Of a stretch of 64,000 bases of DNA, positions 27,819 to 40,482 are shown piece after piece. Origin of the DNA: Saccostrea echinata (lineage: Eukaryota); the NCBI RefSeq assembly GCF_033153115.1, contig NW_026889803.1, positions 41,602,001 through 41,666,000 on the forward strand, read 5' to 3'. The notes under the pieces are model-generated. The model was given only the letters and a program-made list of their open reading frames with translations, searched no databases and had not been told where the DNA came from. The position numbers and the translations under genes were made by a program. Within the stretch, counting starts at the first letter, position 1. Every line of letters starts with the position of its first letter.

Positions 27819-28224
27819 TTAAGTTTGTTTATATCATAACTCCCGGGGGGTAGGTCGGGGCCACAAGAGGGGGTCGAAGTTTTACATAGGTATATATAGG
27901 AAATGTCTTAAAAAACTTCTTCTCGAGAACAGCAAAGCCATGATTAGTCATATTATAATATTAGTATCCTCAGGTAGTGTAGATTCAAGTTTGTTCCAAT
28001 CATGACCCCTGGGTGTAGGGCAGGCACACCACAGGGGGTCAAAGTTTACCATAGGAACATATAGGAAATATCTTTGAATTAAAATCTTCTTCTCAAGAAC
28101 AGCCATTATTAGCAATATTAATACAGAAGTATCCTCAGGTAGTGTAGATTCAAGTTTGTTCAAATCATGACCCCCGGGGGTGAGGCAGGGCCAAAACAGT
28201 GGGTCAAAGTTCTACATAGGAATA

Positions 28225-28721
28225 TATACGTGTAATGGTTAAGGGGCAATTGAATAAAACGCATGGAAAGCTTCAAATAGTGGAATGACCTGACAACCCT
28301 TGGAATGGACAAGCCAAACTGAAGGGTATATAAGGCAAAGCTTTGGGAAATTCAGGCATTCAGAAGCTAGCTGAAGAAGTTGGATGTTGAATCAGCAATA
28401 AAGAAGTTACGGGTAAGAGCAAAATAAAAGTATAAAAGTTATAAACACCAATGGCAAGTATCGTAGGGAATTGATGTTAAGTTCTAGGTGTAGTAAATCT
28501 GAAGAAGATTTTGACACCCAGTTCTTATAATGGGAACCTAGGGGGGAAACACGGTGCAAGTAGTACCTTACTCTGTTCCCGTCTCTAGATAAGAGAAAAT
28601 TTAAGTACTGTGTGATTAAGCCTCAGACAGAGCTGTCTAAATAATCATTCCAATCATTAATTCAGACAGAGTAAAAGGAAAACTATATATCCCTTGTAAG
28701 AATCTGATCATACACGTTACA
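28225..28721. mobile_element. Probable solo LTR
   Basis: ~500 bp non-satellite insert ending TACACGTTACA, with inverted start (TATA)CGTGTA and a TATATAA box at ~28326. Confidence 0.5.
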
Positions 28722-29239
28722 TAGGAAATATCTTTAAAATATTCTTCTCAAGAACAACTAAGCCATTATTAGTCATATTTATGCAGAAGCAACCTTAGGT
28801 ATTGTAGAATCAAGTTTTTTTTTCAAATTTTGACATCCCAGGGGTTGGGGGCACAACAGAGGGTCAAAGTTTTGCACAAGAATATACAGGAATCATCTTG
28901 AAAAAATCTTCTGCTCAAGAACAGCAAGGTCGTGATTAGTCATATTTTTAAAGAAGCATCCTAGGTAGTGTAGATTCGTCGAATTTGTTCAAATTTAGGG
29001 TGGGTAGGGTGGGGCCACAATGAGCGATCAGAGTTTTACATAGGAATACACAGGGGAAAAATCTTTTAAATTCATCTGTTTAAGAACAGCTAAGCCATTA
29101 TAAATAATATTGATATGGAAGCATCCTGAGGTAGTGTACATTTAAGTTTGCCCCCCCCCCCGTTCATTACTGAACTGATTTCTGCTTCTTTCTAGCCAAT
29201 GCGTTTAGGTGAGCGATGTGGGCCATTGACCTCTTGTGT

Positions 29240-29422
29240 TTCAATGTAATCTTACAAGAAAACTTAATGATAAACGTGATGACTTTAAATTTTCTATTGT
29301 TAACTTCCCTTATTTATGTAACGATACACCATTATCACCTGCATATGGAGTTTATGTCTCCCAGTTAATTCGATACGCAAGAGCATGCTCTATGTACGTA
29401 CAATTTCTAAAACGAGGCAAGA
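29240..29422 (+). mobile_element. Penelope-like RT fragment
   Basis: DKRDDFKFSIVNFPYLCNDTPLSPAYGVYVSQLIRYARACS. Confidence 0.8.
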
Positions 29423-29443
29423 TATTGTATTTATTTAATATAC

Positions 29444-30025
29444 CTAGTACACCAAGGATATTTAAGTTTTTATTGCTAGCCAGCGTCGTCCATTCGTCAG
29501 GGCTATATGTGTCATATAACAAATTTAAAATAATCTGAGCTTCGTCAGTATTTATTGTATAATTCACAAAGCTTCCACTAAACACACCATAAGCACTTCC
29601 TTTTTCTATAATGATGTTTAAAGGTGGTGGGTCCTTTTTCTTTCAGTTAACTCCATTTTCGTGTTTTTCACAGTATAAGATTCATTGCATCTAAAATATG
29701 ATATATATTATCGTAAAAACTCTCAATACTGCTTCTGACATTATAAATTTTCAAAAATCTTAACTTAACAATTTCAGCGTTGTTTTCGAGAGTTTTACAT
29801 GGAACGGTAAATTTATGGCATATTGCCACTTAACGGCAGTTTGATTCAGCAAGTCAGACATAGGCAGTTAAGTCCGCTCTTAGTCGAGAAAATCCGGCGT
29901 ATACAACTTCCTCTAATTTTGATGCAATAAAAACATTGGAAAGATGTTTGAAATGGATTCCAAGGCGTATTACAAAGTAGCATATGTGAATACAATATAT
30001 ATTGTGTGGTTGATAATTATAAATA
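29444..30025 (-). pseudogene. GCNT copy 2: degenerate, 5'-truncated main exon
   Basis: HNIYCIH, VFIASKLEEVVYAGFSRLRADL, YSPDEWTTLASNK with multiple frameshifts; donor GT at 29443. Confidence 0.9.
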
Positions 30026-30176
30026 GTTATAAATACTAAAATACATCGAAGCACACAAAATCGAACTCAATCTAAAACATTACATATAAATTAGTATCCT
30101 AAATCAATGTTTTCAACAGTGTTAAAACAAACATAAAAACCATTGCAATATTCCGTCCTCTGTTAAGAATGCAAAA

Positions 30177-30454
30177 CTAAATATTGTTTATCGAATTAAT
30201 AATTTTCCTATAATGGTAAGTTTCCAAACGCACTGGACTGAAGGATTTATTGAGGTACCATTCTTCCATACACTGCAGTGCTAGGGGCTGATAGTCATGA
30301 TAAAACTTATTGGCAAATAATTCTTTTTCTGATACTAGTTTATTTAAATCGCCAATTCCAAACACACAGACGTCTCTAACATATTTTCCATGGCAATCTA
30401 TTGACCCCTGCCAAGTCACACTTGCTGCTATCCATAATTTTCTGTCTGGAAATC
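30177..30454 (-). CDS. GCNT1: GCNT-like copy 3, last coding exon
   Basis: Acceptor TTTTGCAG at 30455; (G)FPDRKLWIAASVTWQGSIDCHGKYVRDVCVFG...NNI then TAG. The symbol denotes the family, not orthology. Confidence 0.9.
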
Positions 30455-31360
30455 CTGCAAAAGATTCCCACTCCATTAGGGTTTCAATTAACAACGTATT
30501 TCAGCGTATCATTAACATAGTTTACCGTAGTAAATCAAAATATCAAATACAGTTCGTATACAGTTTGTATAATGATAAAATGTTAATATTCAGTTAAACG
30601 AGTGAGTTGCCAATCTTTTCAGTTGATAGATATAAAAACACAAAGTAAACAGAAACCTTCATTCTCTGAGAATTGTATTTTCTCGATCCACCAAGAATAC
30701 AAGTTAACTCTTTGTAAGGTTCATACTTCCAAGTGTTATCAATTTTGCAAATACATCATTTTTCTCTTTTTTTTTCTCTTTACCCCTTGCCATCTTAGAA
30801 GTAACGTTTCCTCATTCCATTTTTTAAGAATGAAATATTTTTTGAAATTATGTAGTATAGCAGATGCTCCTTGCGCATTTAGCAGTCAGACTATGCGTGG
30901 TCAGAAACCTTATTTAAGAACGTTTTTGTCTNNNNNNNNNNNNNNNNNNNNNNNNNNNNNNNNNNNNNNNNNNNNNNNNNNNNNNNNNNNNNNNNNNNNN
31001 NNNNNNNNNNNNNNNNNNNNNNNNNNNNNNNNNNNNNNNNNNNNNNNNNNNNNNNNNNNNNNNNNNNNAAAGCTTCAGAAGTATACAGTTGCAAGAAGGC
31101 TTATCTTTAGTAAGATTGTGTAGAAAAACTTGCTGCAAAATAATTTTTCGATGCCTAAGGGATGCTTTCCTGTGATAATCCTATACTTCAGTATTTCATA
31201 GAGGAGTCATATTGTCAAGGGGGAAAATGTGCATTTCAGCAGAATTTTAAAAGCTAGGCGCAATTTAAGGTGTCATTTGATAATGAATTATGGATGAGTA
31301 GAAAACCCGAATAACTTGAGTAGAAAACTTGAATAACTTATGTATATTCCTGTAACATAC

Positions 31361-32390
31361 CTAATACACCTGGGACATTTAGATGTTTATTGCTAGCCAG
31401 CGTCGCCCAAAAGAATTCGTCAGGGCTATATGTGTCATATAACCAATTTAAAATAACCTGAGCTTTGTCATCATTTATTGTATAATTCACAAAGCTCCAA
31501 CTAAAAACACCATAAGCGCTTCCCTTTCCTACAGTGATGTTAAAAGGTGGTGGGTCCTTTTTCTTTCCTGTTGCCTCCATTTTACCGTTTTTCACCGAGT
31601 AAGATTCATTGCATCGATAATATGATTTCTCATCGTAAACGCTCTCAATGCTGCTTATGCCATTATAAATTTTCAAAATCTTAACTATTTCTGAGTTCGT
31701 TTTCAAGGGGTAAACTTGGGATGGTAAATTGATGACATATTGCCACTTTATGGCTGTTTGATTCAGTAAGTCAGACATACAGTTCAAGTCCGCCCTTAGT
31801 CGAGAAAATCCGGCGTATACAACATCCTCTAATTTTGAAGAAATGAAAACATTGGGAAGGCAATTCGAGATGGATTTCAAGGCGTATAACAAAGTAGTAT
31901 TTGAATGCTTATCCACATGTATACAATAAATATTATGCGGTCGATAAATAGTTCGAAGCAATTTTTCTGTTTGTGTGGCATCCTTGTGAGTTAATATTGT
32001 ATAAGCAATCGGGAAGTCAAGTTCATTATTTGATACGACGAAAGAGTTATAATCATGTACTTTAAAGAAATTTTCACAGTGTTGAGCCAAATCTCCTATT
32101 GCTCTATCTGTCTGGAATTTGTATGCTCTCTTTGACATTGTCTCATTCACGACTGATATGTACTGTTGGTCCCCCTCAATTATGCGTTGACAATCAAAGT
32201 CATGAACGAGACATTTAGGGCCTGGCTTTAGAAGAACTGGAGTTGAAGGTTTGGATGCGATATGGTAAAGTCTTCCCATTTGTTTGCATGGCAAAGTAGT
32301 CATTCGGTATTCTATGTACCGACACATGGCAAAAATGACAGCAATAACTGCACACCTTTTGAGAAATTTCCGAAATGTCGCATTCACCAT
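31361..32390 (-). CDS. GCNT1: Core-2 beta-1,6-N-acetylglucosaminyltransferase-like (GT14/Branch) copy 3, main coding exon; spliced product 435 aa
   Basis: Uninterrupted ORF, type II TM anchor, FPIAYTIL, IYRPHNIYCIHVD, catalytic YSPDE. Donor G|GTATGT at 31360. Upstream acceptor TTTTTCAG at 32417. 1030+278 = 1308 nt in frame. The symbol denotes the family, not orthology. Confidence 0.92.
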
Positions 32391-32595
32391 TTCAGGAAAA
32401 ACAACAATGCATGAATCTGAAAAATAATAATTCAATATCAATTCAAATAATTCTTAAGGTGAAAAATCCCTCTGCTCTAAATTTCACTATTTTTTTTTTA
32501 TTTCCAACATTGATTTTCATCAACAACAATAGCATGAGATTCAAATGGAAAATAGTTTGAAGTATAAAGAGTTGCTACTTTTTCAGAAATTAATA

Positions 32596-33021
32596 CCGTA
32601 CGGCGGGAATTTTTAGTGGGGTGCTAACTTTGGCTTATTTTAGCGGTTGTGAAGAAGGATGCTAGAATTTTAATCGTTAAATTTGCACTATTGTATACGA
32701 GAAAAATAACTTTGATTAGTCTGTTGTTAAAAAATACTCCTTTCATCTGGTATTTGTTATTACTCAAACTCTTGCCTAAATGTGTATTCAAACGTATATT
32801 AAACGTACTGAAAACTCATTTTGAGGATGATTATCCTCTCTTTTCAACATCATAGTACTGCTATTAAACGTACTGAAAACTCATTTAGAAGATGATTATC
32901 CTCTCTTTTCAACATCATAGTACTCTGTGTCCGCCAAAAAAAGTTCCATCAAAATTATTGGCATACCTTTGAGCAAGGAAACCGCCAAATTTTACACCCG
33001 CTAAAGAAACCCGCTTTACGG
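32596..33021. mobile_element. Tc1/mariner-type MITE (TA TSD) with an internal ~65 bp tandem duplication
   Basis: TA|CCGTACGGCGGG ... CCCGCTTTACGG|TA; repeat TATTAAACGTACTGAAAACTCATTT..CATCATAGTACT x2. Confidence 0.75.
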
Positions 33022-34069
33022 TATTATGTCTAATCATAATATGAAGAAAATTTGAGACAGTGAATGGAAAGACCAATAATTTGAGGTATATATTAAAATT
33101 ATATTTACTGTCATACATATTTAATTCATATTAGAAAACATTATGAAGCGTTGCTTTTTAAATCAGAGTATCACACTGTTTTCTGTGCTTGTAAAAAAAA
33201 GTGCATCCATCTACAAGAGTTAGCTTTCCATCTACAGGAGTTATCTTTCTTCAAAATATTTTTTACGAAAAAAAAAATTATTATTAAATTAATTATGAAA
33301 ATTCTGTAACTGATACATATTAAAAAAAATTGTATATTGAGAGATAGAAATATTTCAATTTTAACACTTCAAAGGAACTGAGTGCAAATGTTTTAGGTAA
33401 AATATTATAAGTAACTATCAAAAATATTGGCAAAAGAAAACAGAAATCGATATTTGTAAGATAATCCATATTTGATAGAATTGTCTACCTAATGGTCCTC
33501 ATTAATATACTCAGTTAAGACAAAACATTTGATTGCTTGGAATAAATTCCTTGGAAAGTTGTCTCTCTTATTAGAGGGACTTTTCATCTTAAAGAGATAG
33601 CAGTAATAATTACGTGTAAAGCAAATATTAAAGAAATCAAGTCTCTAAGAGAGTTTAAATGGAGGGGGGGGGGGAACCCCTGATAAAATGTTCCAAAGTT
33701 CCAGTTCTATCTAGATGTACCTATGTACAGACAAGGATTTTAGGTATTCACAGAATATATTACCTAATATAATATAATTGTTAAAACAATATGTAACACT
33801 GCTATATAATACTAATATAAACACGGACAGAGGAGAATATATATATATGTTTGATCAAACTAACAATTCAGCATTATGTGATATAAGAGCATAATGGATA
33901 TATTTTCCCAAGCTGACCAGGGTATATATTTGTTGTTTTTTATATTCAACTATTCATGAGACTCACAAACATCACACAATATATCCTATCTGTTGTTTAA
34001 GGATATTTTTGGTCAACCTCTGATATCATTACGCAAATGTAGATGAAATCTTGACACATTCCTTATATA

Positions 34070-34735
34070 ATGAAAAAGTTGGAAATAACAAACGCTGATC
34101 GATTTTCAAAAAAAATCTACAACTAATATAACTCTGTGAATAACGCATTAAACACGAAACACCGGAAATTCCAGAGGGTGGATCAGGTGTCTAGGATGCG
34201 TAAGCATCCTCTGTTGACCGGTCACACCCGCGGTGAGCCCTATGAATTGATCAGGTAGACGGAACAATTAGTAGTCAAATTTAGTATAAAAACAAAGGCC
34301 TAAAACTGTATGAAACACGTCAGTCAAAATACGACCCATTGATAGGTTATATTTGCTAACAAAGTCATTATAACGACCACAGAATGTAAGAAATCTGACT
34401 TTAAACGAGGTTGTTGAAATCCCAGTAACAACAACTTATCTGTCAGTTGCCTGCCTTGGTTAAAAATTATTTTACTCAGAGCATGCTTTTGAGTATCCAA
34501 TGAGTTGGGAGATGTAAACACCATATGCAGGTGATAGCGGATATAAGTAAAGTTGACGATGGAAAAGGTGAAATCATCTCCTTTGTCATCCATTTTGTTG
34601 TTAGTTGGCCCTTATTGTCTATAGTCGGTGAAACATCTAAATAGGATACAGATATGGCAGACTCTGTGGTGTCTTTTATTTCAAGTTGAAGCGGGATATA
34701 TCGAGTCAATAAGGGTAACCTCAGTTCACTATAGG
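34070..34735 (-). mobile_element. Penelope-like element, older 5'-truncated copy
   Basis: ELEIKDTTES-like SVSYLD, DDKGDDFTFSIVNF, QQPRLKS, followed by the conserved 3' motif. Confidence 0.8.
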
Positions 34736-34774
34736 ATGACATATTAATGCTTACCTGAAGATTCTCTCTGGATA

Positions 34775-35620
34775 CCCTGAAATATGAAGATAACGAACAG
34801 TATTCAATCTCGAAAGTCCAATGAAACAATACAAATTTGGAGCAGAGCAAACACAGACCTCAAAATTTAGAGGTGGGATCAGGTGCCGTGGAAGAGTGAG
34901 CATCCCCTGCCGACCGGTCACACCCGCCGTGTGCTCCTTGTCATGATCGGGATACAAAAAACGGAAAAATCTGTAGACAGTTCAGTGTATAAATAATGGC
35001 ATAACAATTAGTATGAAAAACGTCAGTCAGCATTTGACTCAAAGATAGGTTGTATGTGCTGACAAGGTCATTGTATCGACCGTAAAACTTGCGAAATGAT
35101 GACTTCAAACGAGACTGTTGATATCCTTGTTTCATTAACTTGTTTGTCAATAGCTTTCCTCGTTTTAGAAATTGTTCATACGTAGAGCATGCTCTTGTGT
35201 ATCGAATCAACTGAGAGACATAAACCCCATATGCAGGTGATAAGGGTATATTGCTACATAAATAAGGGAAGTTGACGATTGAAAAGTTGAAGTCATCACA
35301 TTTGTCATGAAACTTTGTTGTTACGTTACCATTAATGTCTTTTTCTAGTAAAGTATCTTAATATGAAACAGATGTGTCAGAATCTGTAGTATCTTTTATT
35401 TCAAGCTCACTGGGATATATCGAGTCGACATTTGAATGAAAGTAACTATTGTTAATTGATAATAGGTCGTCGATATATCGAAATGTCGAGTTGAAGGCCA
35501 CAGCAACTGTTTTCTTCTTCTCATGTAGAAGTTTTTGAATAAATTCTGCTTCATATGAATACAAAAATAGGTCTGCTAATAAGGGAATGCAATTGGTACC
35601 CATGGGAATTCCAACAGATT
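34775..35620 (-). mobile_element. Penelope-like element with C-terminal RT (possibly Naiad/Chlamys-type), 5'-truncated
   Basis: GIPMGTNCIPLLADLFLYSYE, FRYIDDLL, ELEIKDTT, SQLIRYTRACS, KFYGRYNDLV. The ORF ends after the RT thumb and is followed by the conserved 3' UTR. One in-frame stop. Confidence 0.85.
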
Positions 35621-36329
35621 CCTCTGATATCAAAACACAGATGTATGGGGAACTCTGAGCACCTTCCATAGAAAATGTAATGCTAAAAAGGGGTTACCCT
35701 GCTCATTACGGGATTATATAATAATGCTTATATTAAGATTACCTTTCGTCATAACACAAATATAGGTGAAATTTGAACACCTTCCTAAATAATGTAATGC
35801 AAAGGCAAGAGTTACCTGTGATCAGTATGAATGATATATTAATGCTTATATAAAGATTACCTCTGGTCACCCTCTGATATTATAACACAAAAATAAGTTA
35901 ACTCTGAACACCTTCAATAGATAATGTAATGCTAATACAAAGATTACCTCCGATCACTCTAGTTCACCTATATTTGTTGATATCGGAGGGTGACCATATG
36001 AACATTTTCCAATCATAATGTATGTGTAAAATACACTATTTTCTTTCAAAAACATTGAAATTTTGAATATCCTTTTGACGTCATAGCTGCTGAGATAAAT
36101 ATATAGAGCTTTGACGTCTGCAAATATTACCCTTGTTAGGAACATTATTAAGGATTTATCCATTTTATTTTTAGCTTGGTGCCGGGGGGGGGGGGTGCAG
36201 ATATTGACCATTACAGAATAGAGTTCCATAAATGTATCTATTTGCATTTGATAAAAAAGGGCTTTCTCTTGCACCTATAAATCGGCAGAAGAACTCTGTC
36301 TACTTGCAATATACACTTACATTTCATCA

Positions 36330-36495
36330 TTTAAGAGATTAATTTAATTTTTGAGAATGCATATGAACATGAACTACGACGCTTCATGCCTGCATATTTC
36401 ATGAAACGCATTAGCGCTTCATGATAAATATGCTGGCGTGAAGCGTTGTAGTTCATGTTCCTCAAGAATTCTCAAAAATTAAATTCATATCTTAT
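36330..36495. repeat. Imperfect long palindrome (Crypton-like non-autonomous element)
   Basis: AATTTAATTTTTGAGAAT..GAACATGAACTACGACGCTTCA / TGAAGCGTTGTAGTTCATGTTC..ATTCTCAAAAATTAAATT. Confidence 0.7.
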
Positions 36496-38624
36496 ATTTA
36501 CATTTTTTTTCTAATGACTTGCCACATATTTTTGTCATTCAACGATCATTTAAAAAAAAAAAGATTGCACTATTTTTGGACTTCAATCACATCTCAATGG
36601 AAATATTTTTACTCATCCCACGATAGTTCTTGAGAACATGAATTTTTCTCATTTGCAAAGAATCTTAAGGAAAGATATTTGGAAATATAAATATAAAAAA
36701 TTTTTAAACGGTAATTACTTGCTCTTTCCTTAAATAAAACAATTATAAATCCTCGCTTCAAATTTTCAATTAAAAAAAGCGGTCGCAGCTTTTACTTTGG
36801 TGTCAACAATCTTGTCATTTCCTGTAGAAGATATTATGAAAGTTCAAACCATCGACGGTAGAACTTTATCCGAAATAGGAAGCATATTAAAATTTGCGAT
36901 TTTTTTTATTTTCTTTATATAAATCCTTATAAAGTCTGCCGCTGTAAAGACTAATAATGACCCCCGTAGAAAAATTTCCGAGGGTTATCAAAAATCACCC
37001 CCTAACCGTAGAAAAATGTAATTTTTTGTAGAAAAGAACTCTATGGGTCAGTTATCTACATAATGATATGCAACCCATAAGAAATTGACCCCCGGGAAAA
37101 ATGACCCCTATCCCAATAGAGTGATACAAAGTTGAAAATAGATGATTGATGCAAAGGTTTGGGTCTAGAGGTAATTCTCTTGCGTTTTTCTGATTTACAC
37201 CGGACGAGCAAGCAATTAAAACGCATTTAACAGCATTACATGTGTTTATTTTTTATTATACCTATTGTGTTTTCAGCACACAATTAAAATTACTCAGTAG
37301 ATACGTCACAGTGGCGATTGGTTAAATCTGTTATTATGTTATTTTGTCCGAGTATTTTCTCGGAGATAACTTAGACAAACTTAATAAAACTTTTCAGAAA
37401 TGACGATCAGCAACTCTAGATGTTCATTAAATATTTTGATTTTTTCACTGCCCCCGTTGTCATGGAAACAATAAAAAAATGTCAACAAATGTCCTCACGG
37501 TTGGTTTGGACAATCTTTATAAAAATTCATAAATGCATTTACATTTAAGATTTTTGAAATTGTTTCCATTACCATGGAAACGGTTGGACAAACTTTTTCA
37601 CACAACGAACGAGTTAACTAACGTGTACATTTTTTCCGGGAGGTAGAAAATCTGCCGTCTGGTGATCATTATGTATGGATCGTTGTGTAAAGCACAATAG
37701 CAAAAATTCTAGTCTTAATCTTTTTTATCATCCGTTTCATTTTTCGATATTATACTGACTATTTATGGCCAACTAACACAAACGGTATGACCTCAGAATC
37801 GGCTTTTCCATTGCCAACTTCTTGAATGTATTTATGTAGTAATATTTACACTTGCTGTGTTTTTCTACTAAGCCAACTGTGAACGCGCGCTTCATGAAAT
37901 ATGCCTACGTGATTTACACACCAACAACTCACACAAAACTTAAAAACATTCCTTAAATATTCCATTATCGCCTGCATATGGTTTAATGTCTCCTAACTTA
38001 TATATTCAATACGCTAGAACACGGTTGAGTACAATCAACTTTTTAACAGAGGCAGGATACCGACAAATCTATAGATGTTACACACCTTTCAACAACCTCA
38101 AACAAAATAAGCATTTCGAAAATTTCTGGGTCATTGTAATAAACTTAATAAATACATTTTGAATTTTTAGAATCTCGATAACGCTAACGAAATTTACATT
38201 TAAAAAACTCCATGAAGGCAACAACTTTTCTAATAATGCAATAGTATGGTGCCTTTGATGCCCAGAAAAGAATTATAATTGTTCGGGTGAATTAGATATT
38301 TGTTCTGACAAAGAAGATAATGGTTCTGACAGGTTAGTTCTTCGTTCGGACGAACAAAATATTTCTGTGGATAAATAAGTTCTTTCTTCGGACGAATTAA
38401 GTATACGCTAGAAGAAGATTAAATTGTTTTTGTTCGGAATTGTTCGGACAACCTGGATATTTACTTGTACAATTTAGCGAATTACATATTTGTTCAAACA
38501 GATTTGATGTTTCTTCTTTGGACAAAACTTTTCTCTGATAAAGGAGAGCATCTAGAAAATCAAAGATGATACATGTATAAACCTCATGGATCAAGTGCAC
38601 GTTGGTTAGGAGATATGGATATCT

Positions 38625-38843
38625 GTCCCCAGGATCAAGAAATAGACTTCAACTTAAGTCAGATTTTATATCGCCTGTAAAATGTTTATCAAATATTGAA
38701 TTAATCTCTAAATTTTCAAAAAACAACTCTTCTGTGAAGCAAAATTGAAAAAAAGTTTAATTTTGGTCTGCTCGACTTCTACAACATTTTAATATAAAAT
38801 AAGGTTTCAACTTAAGCTTAAGATGTTTCATGATCCTGGGGCC
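38625..38843. mobile_element. PIF/Harbinger-like MITE
   Basis: Inverted ends CCCCAGGATCAAGAAA / TTTCATGATCCTGGGG; internal AACTTAAG repeats. Confidence 0.55.
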
Positions 38844-39244
38844 TGATCAAGTTTTTTTATTGAAAAATTTTGCTGAAAAGAAACACTAAAATGAGGTAAA
38901 TTATGTCGATGATGAAACTGGTCGTTTCCTGGGCTTTTGTTTGTTTGTTTTTTTATTTGCTTATACATGTTTTAATTTCTTTTGGAGTGTAGCAATAAAA
39001 ACATATGTAGATGTTGAATCGTTAGCAAGGTTCCCAAAAGTGCTCGAAAAAACTATAACTTTTGATGCTGAAGAATTTCGTCTTCTGAATTTTTTAAAAA
39101 AAATGTTTTGGGTTGCCTTTCTTCAACTGCTGCACCATGTCGCCTTGTGTCGCCTGTATTGATTATTATGTTTCTCTTGAAGGTTTTTGTACTTTTTGCT
39201 TTAGATAGTTAGTTATAATTTGCTGTGTTATAAGAAGAGGATAT

Positions 39245-39410
39245 TCAATGTTTTGTAGTTGAATATGGAATTTATTTCACGAGTGAGGCAGGATTTTTTT
39301 TTTTATATTTTTACGAGTGCGAATCAAGAGTGAAAATATCCACCAAAAAAAAAAAAAAAATCCTGTCTCACGAGTAAAATAAATTCCATATCCAACTACA
39401 AAACATTGAT
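39245..39410. repeat. Long palindrome (Crypton-like element end)
   Basis: TCAATGTTTTGTAGTTGAATATGGAATTTATTT..CAGGATTTT / AAAATCCTG..AAATAAATTCCATATCCAACTACAAAACATTGA. Confidence 0.7.
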
Positions 39411-40482
39411 TTTTCTGTTTATTATTTTATTACATTTTCTTTGATTTTCTTTTTGCTGCCTATATATGTCTTTTCTCAACACAGTGTCATAGGCTGTGAC
39501 GTCATAGTTGAGATGTCATAGCTTCATAAAGCAGTTGTGATATTGAAAACATTGTGACATGGATTTTAGCAACATTTTTGGGAAAAAATTGGCAGTTTTA
39601 GTCTCTATCAAGATGGTTAAGTTGGTATCTCTATCTTATTAAGGGCCAGATTATTTTTTAATTACTTTGATATCCTTTCACACTGTTATCGAATGTCATT
39701 TTAGTATCCTTTCACACTGTGAGAGAATATCACTTTTATCCAATAAATATATCACAGTATTTCACTGCTGAAAATGTAATAAACTTGTTATATATTCTTC
39801 CAAAGATGAGTACCGATTGAAACTTTACATTTATGTTTTAGACTACTGCATTCAGTTATAATATTGCAAGTTTAAATGTATCATAGGTTTTATTCCTTTT
39901 CATCAGAAACTTTCACCAGGTACATATATTCGAATTTTACTAACCAATAGGCAAATTCGTTGGTTTTGTCCTTCTTGTTTAAAACGTTGATCACATTTGT
40001 AAGTATCCACTACCAGTTACTACAAATAATGTTTTGTAAACAGGAATGCCTTAAAATTATATTTTCATATTTTTCTATGATTCTGCAGTGGTTGGAAATA
40101 TTGATCATAAATGGAACAGGTTAATTGCATTGATTATAATGAAAAGCATGCGGCAAAAACAGTAATCTTGTGTCCAGATGATATGCTACACAACTTCTTA
40201 CATGGTACACAACTGTATAGAGTAAACGTTGATTGTCTACTTGTAACTTCCTTGCATAAAGTGCAATTTTAAGACTACTAGTATTAAAATGTGTTAAAAA
40301 ATAGATAACGAGAGAAGTTTCCGTTTTTCAGTTTTTTATTTTAATTTATTCCTTTCCTCCTGTGATGTAAAAGGTTTATGCAAAAAATGTCATTAATTTA
40401 AATTCATACCCAATTCGAAAATATCTTTTGGAAAAATGCTTTAGATAAGTGTAATGAAAACTATTGTGAAGTAAAAGAATTT

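Larger units (their letters stand above)
26997..29237 (-). mobile_element. Helentron/HINE-like satellite-bearing element (same family as 1016-2045) with two nested insertions
   Basis: Ends TAGCTCACTTGAGTCAAGTGAGCT and GGTGAGCGATGTGGGCCATTGACCTCTTGT; tandem units with CCTCAGGTAGTGTAGATTCAAGTTTGTT. Confidence 0.8.

Noticed and set aside
32391-32441. N-terminal extension MILNYYFSDSCIVVFPE of the 367-aa ORF
   Set aside because: Starts at a non-ATG codon and crosses the acceptor at 32417. The ATG at 32390 corresponds to copy 1's start.
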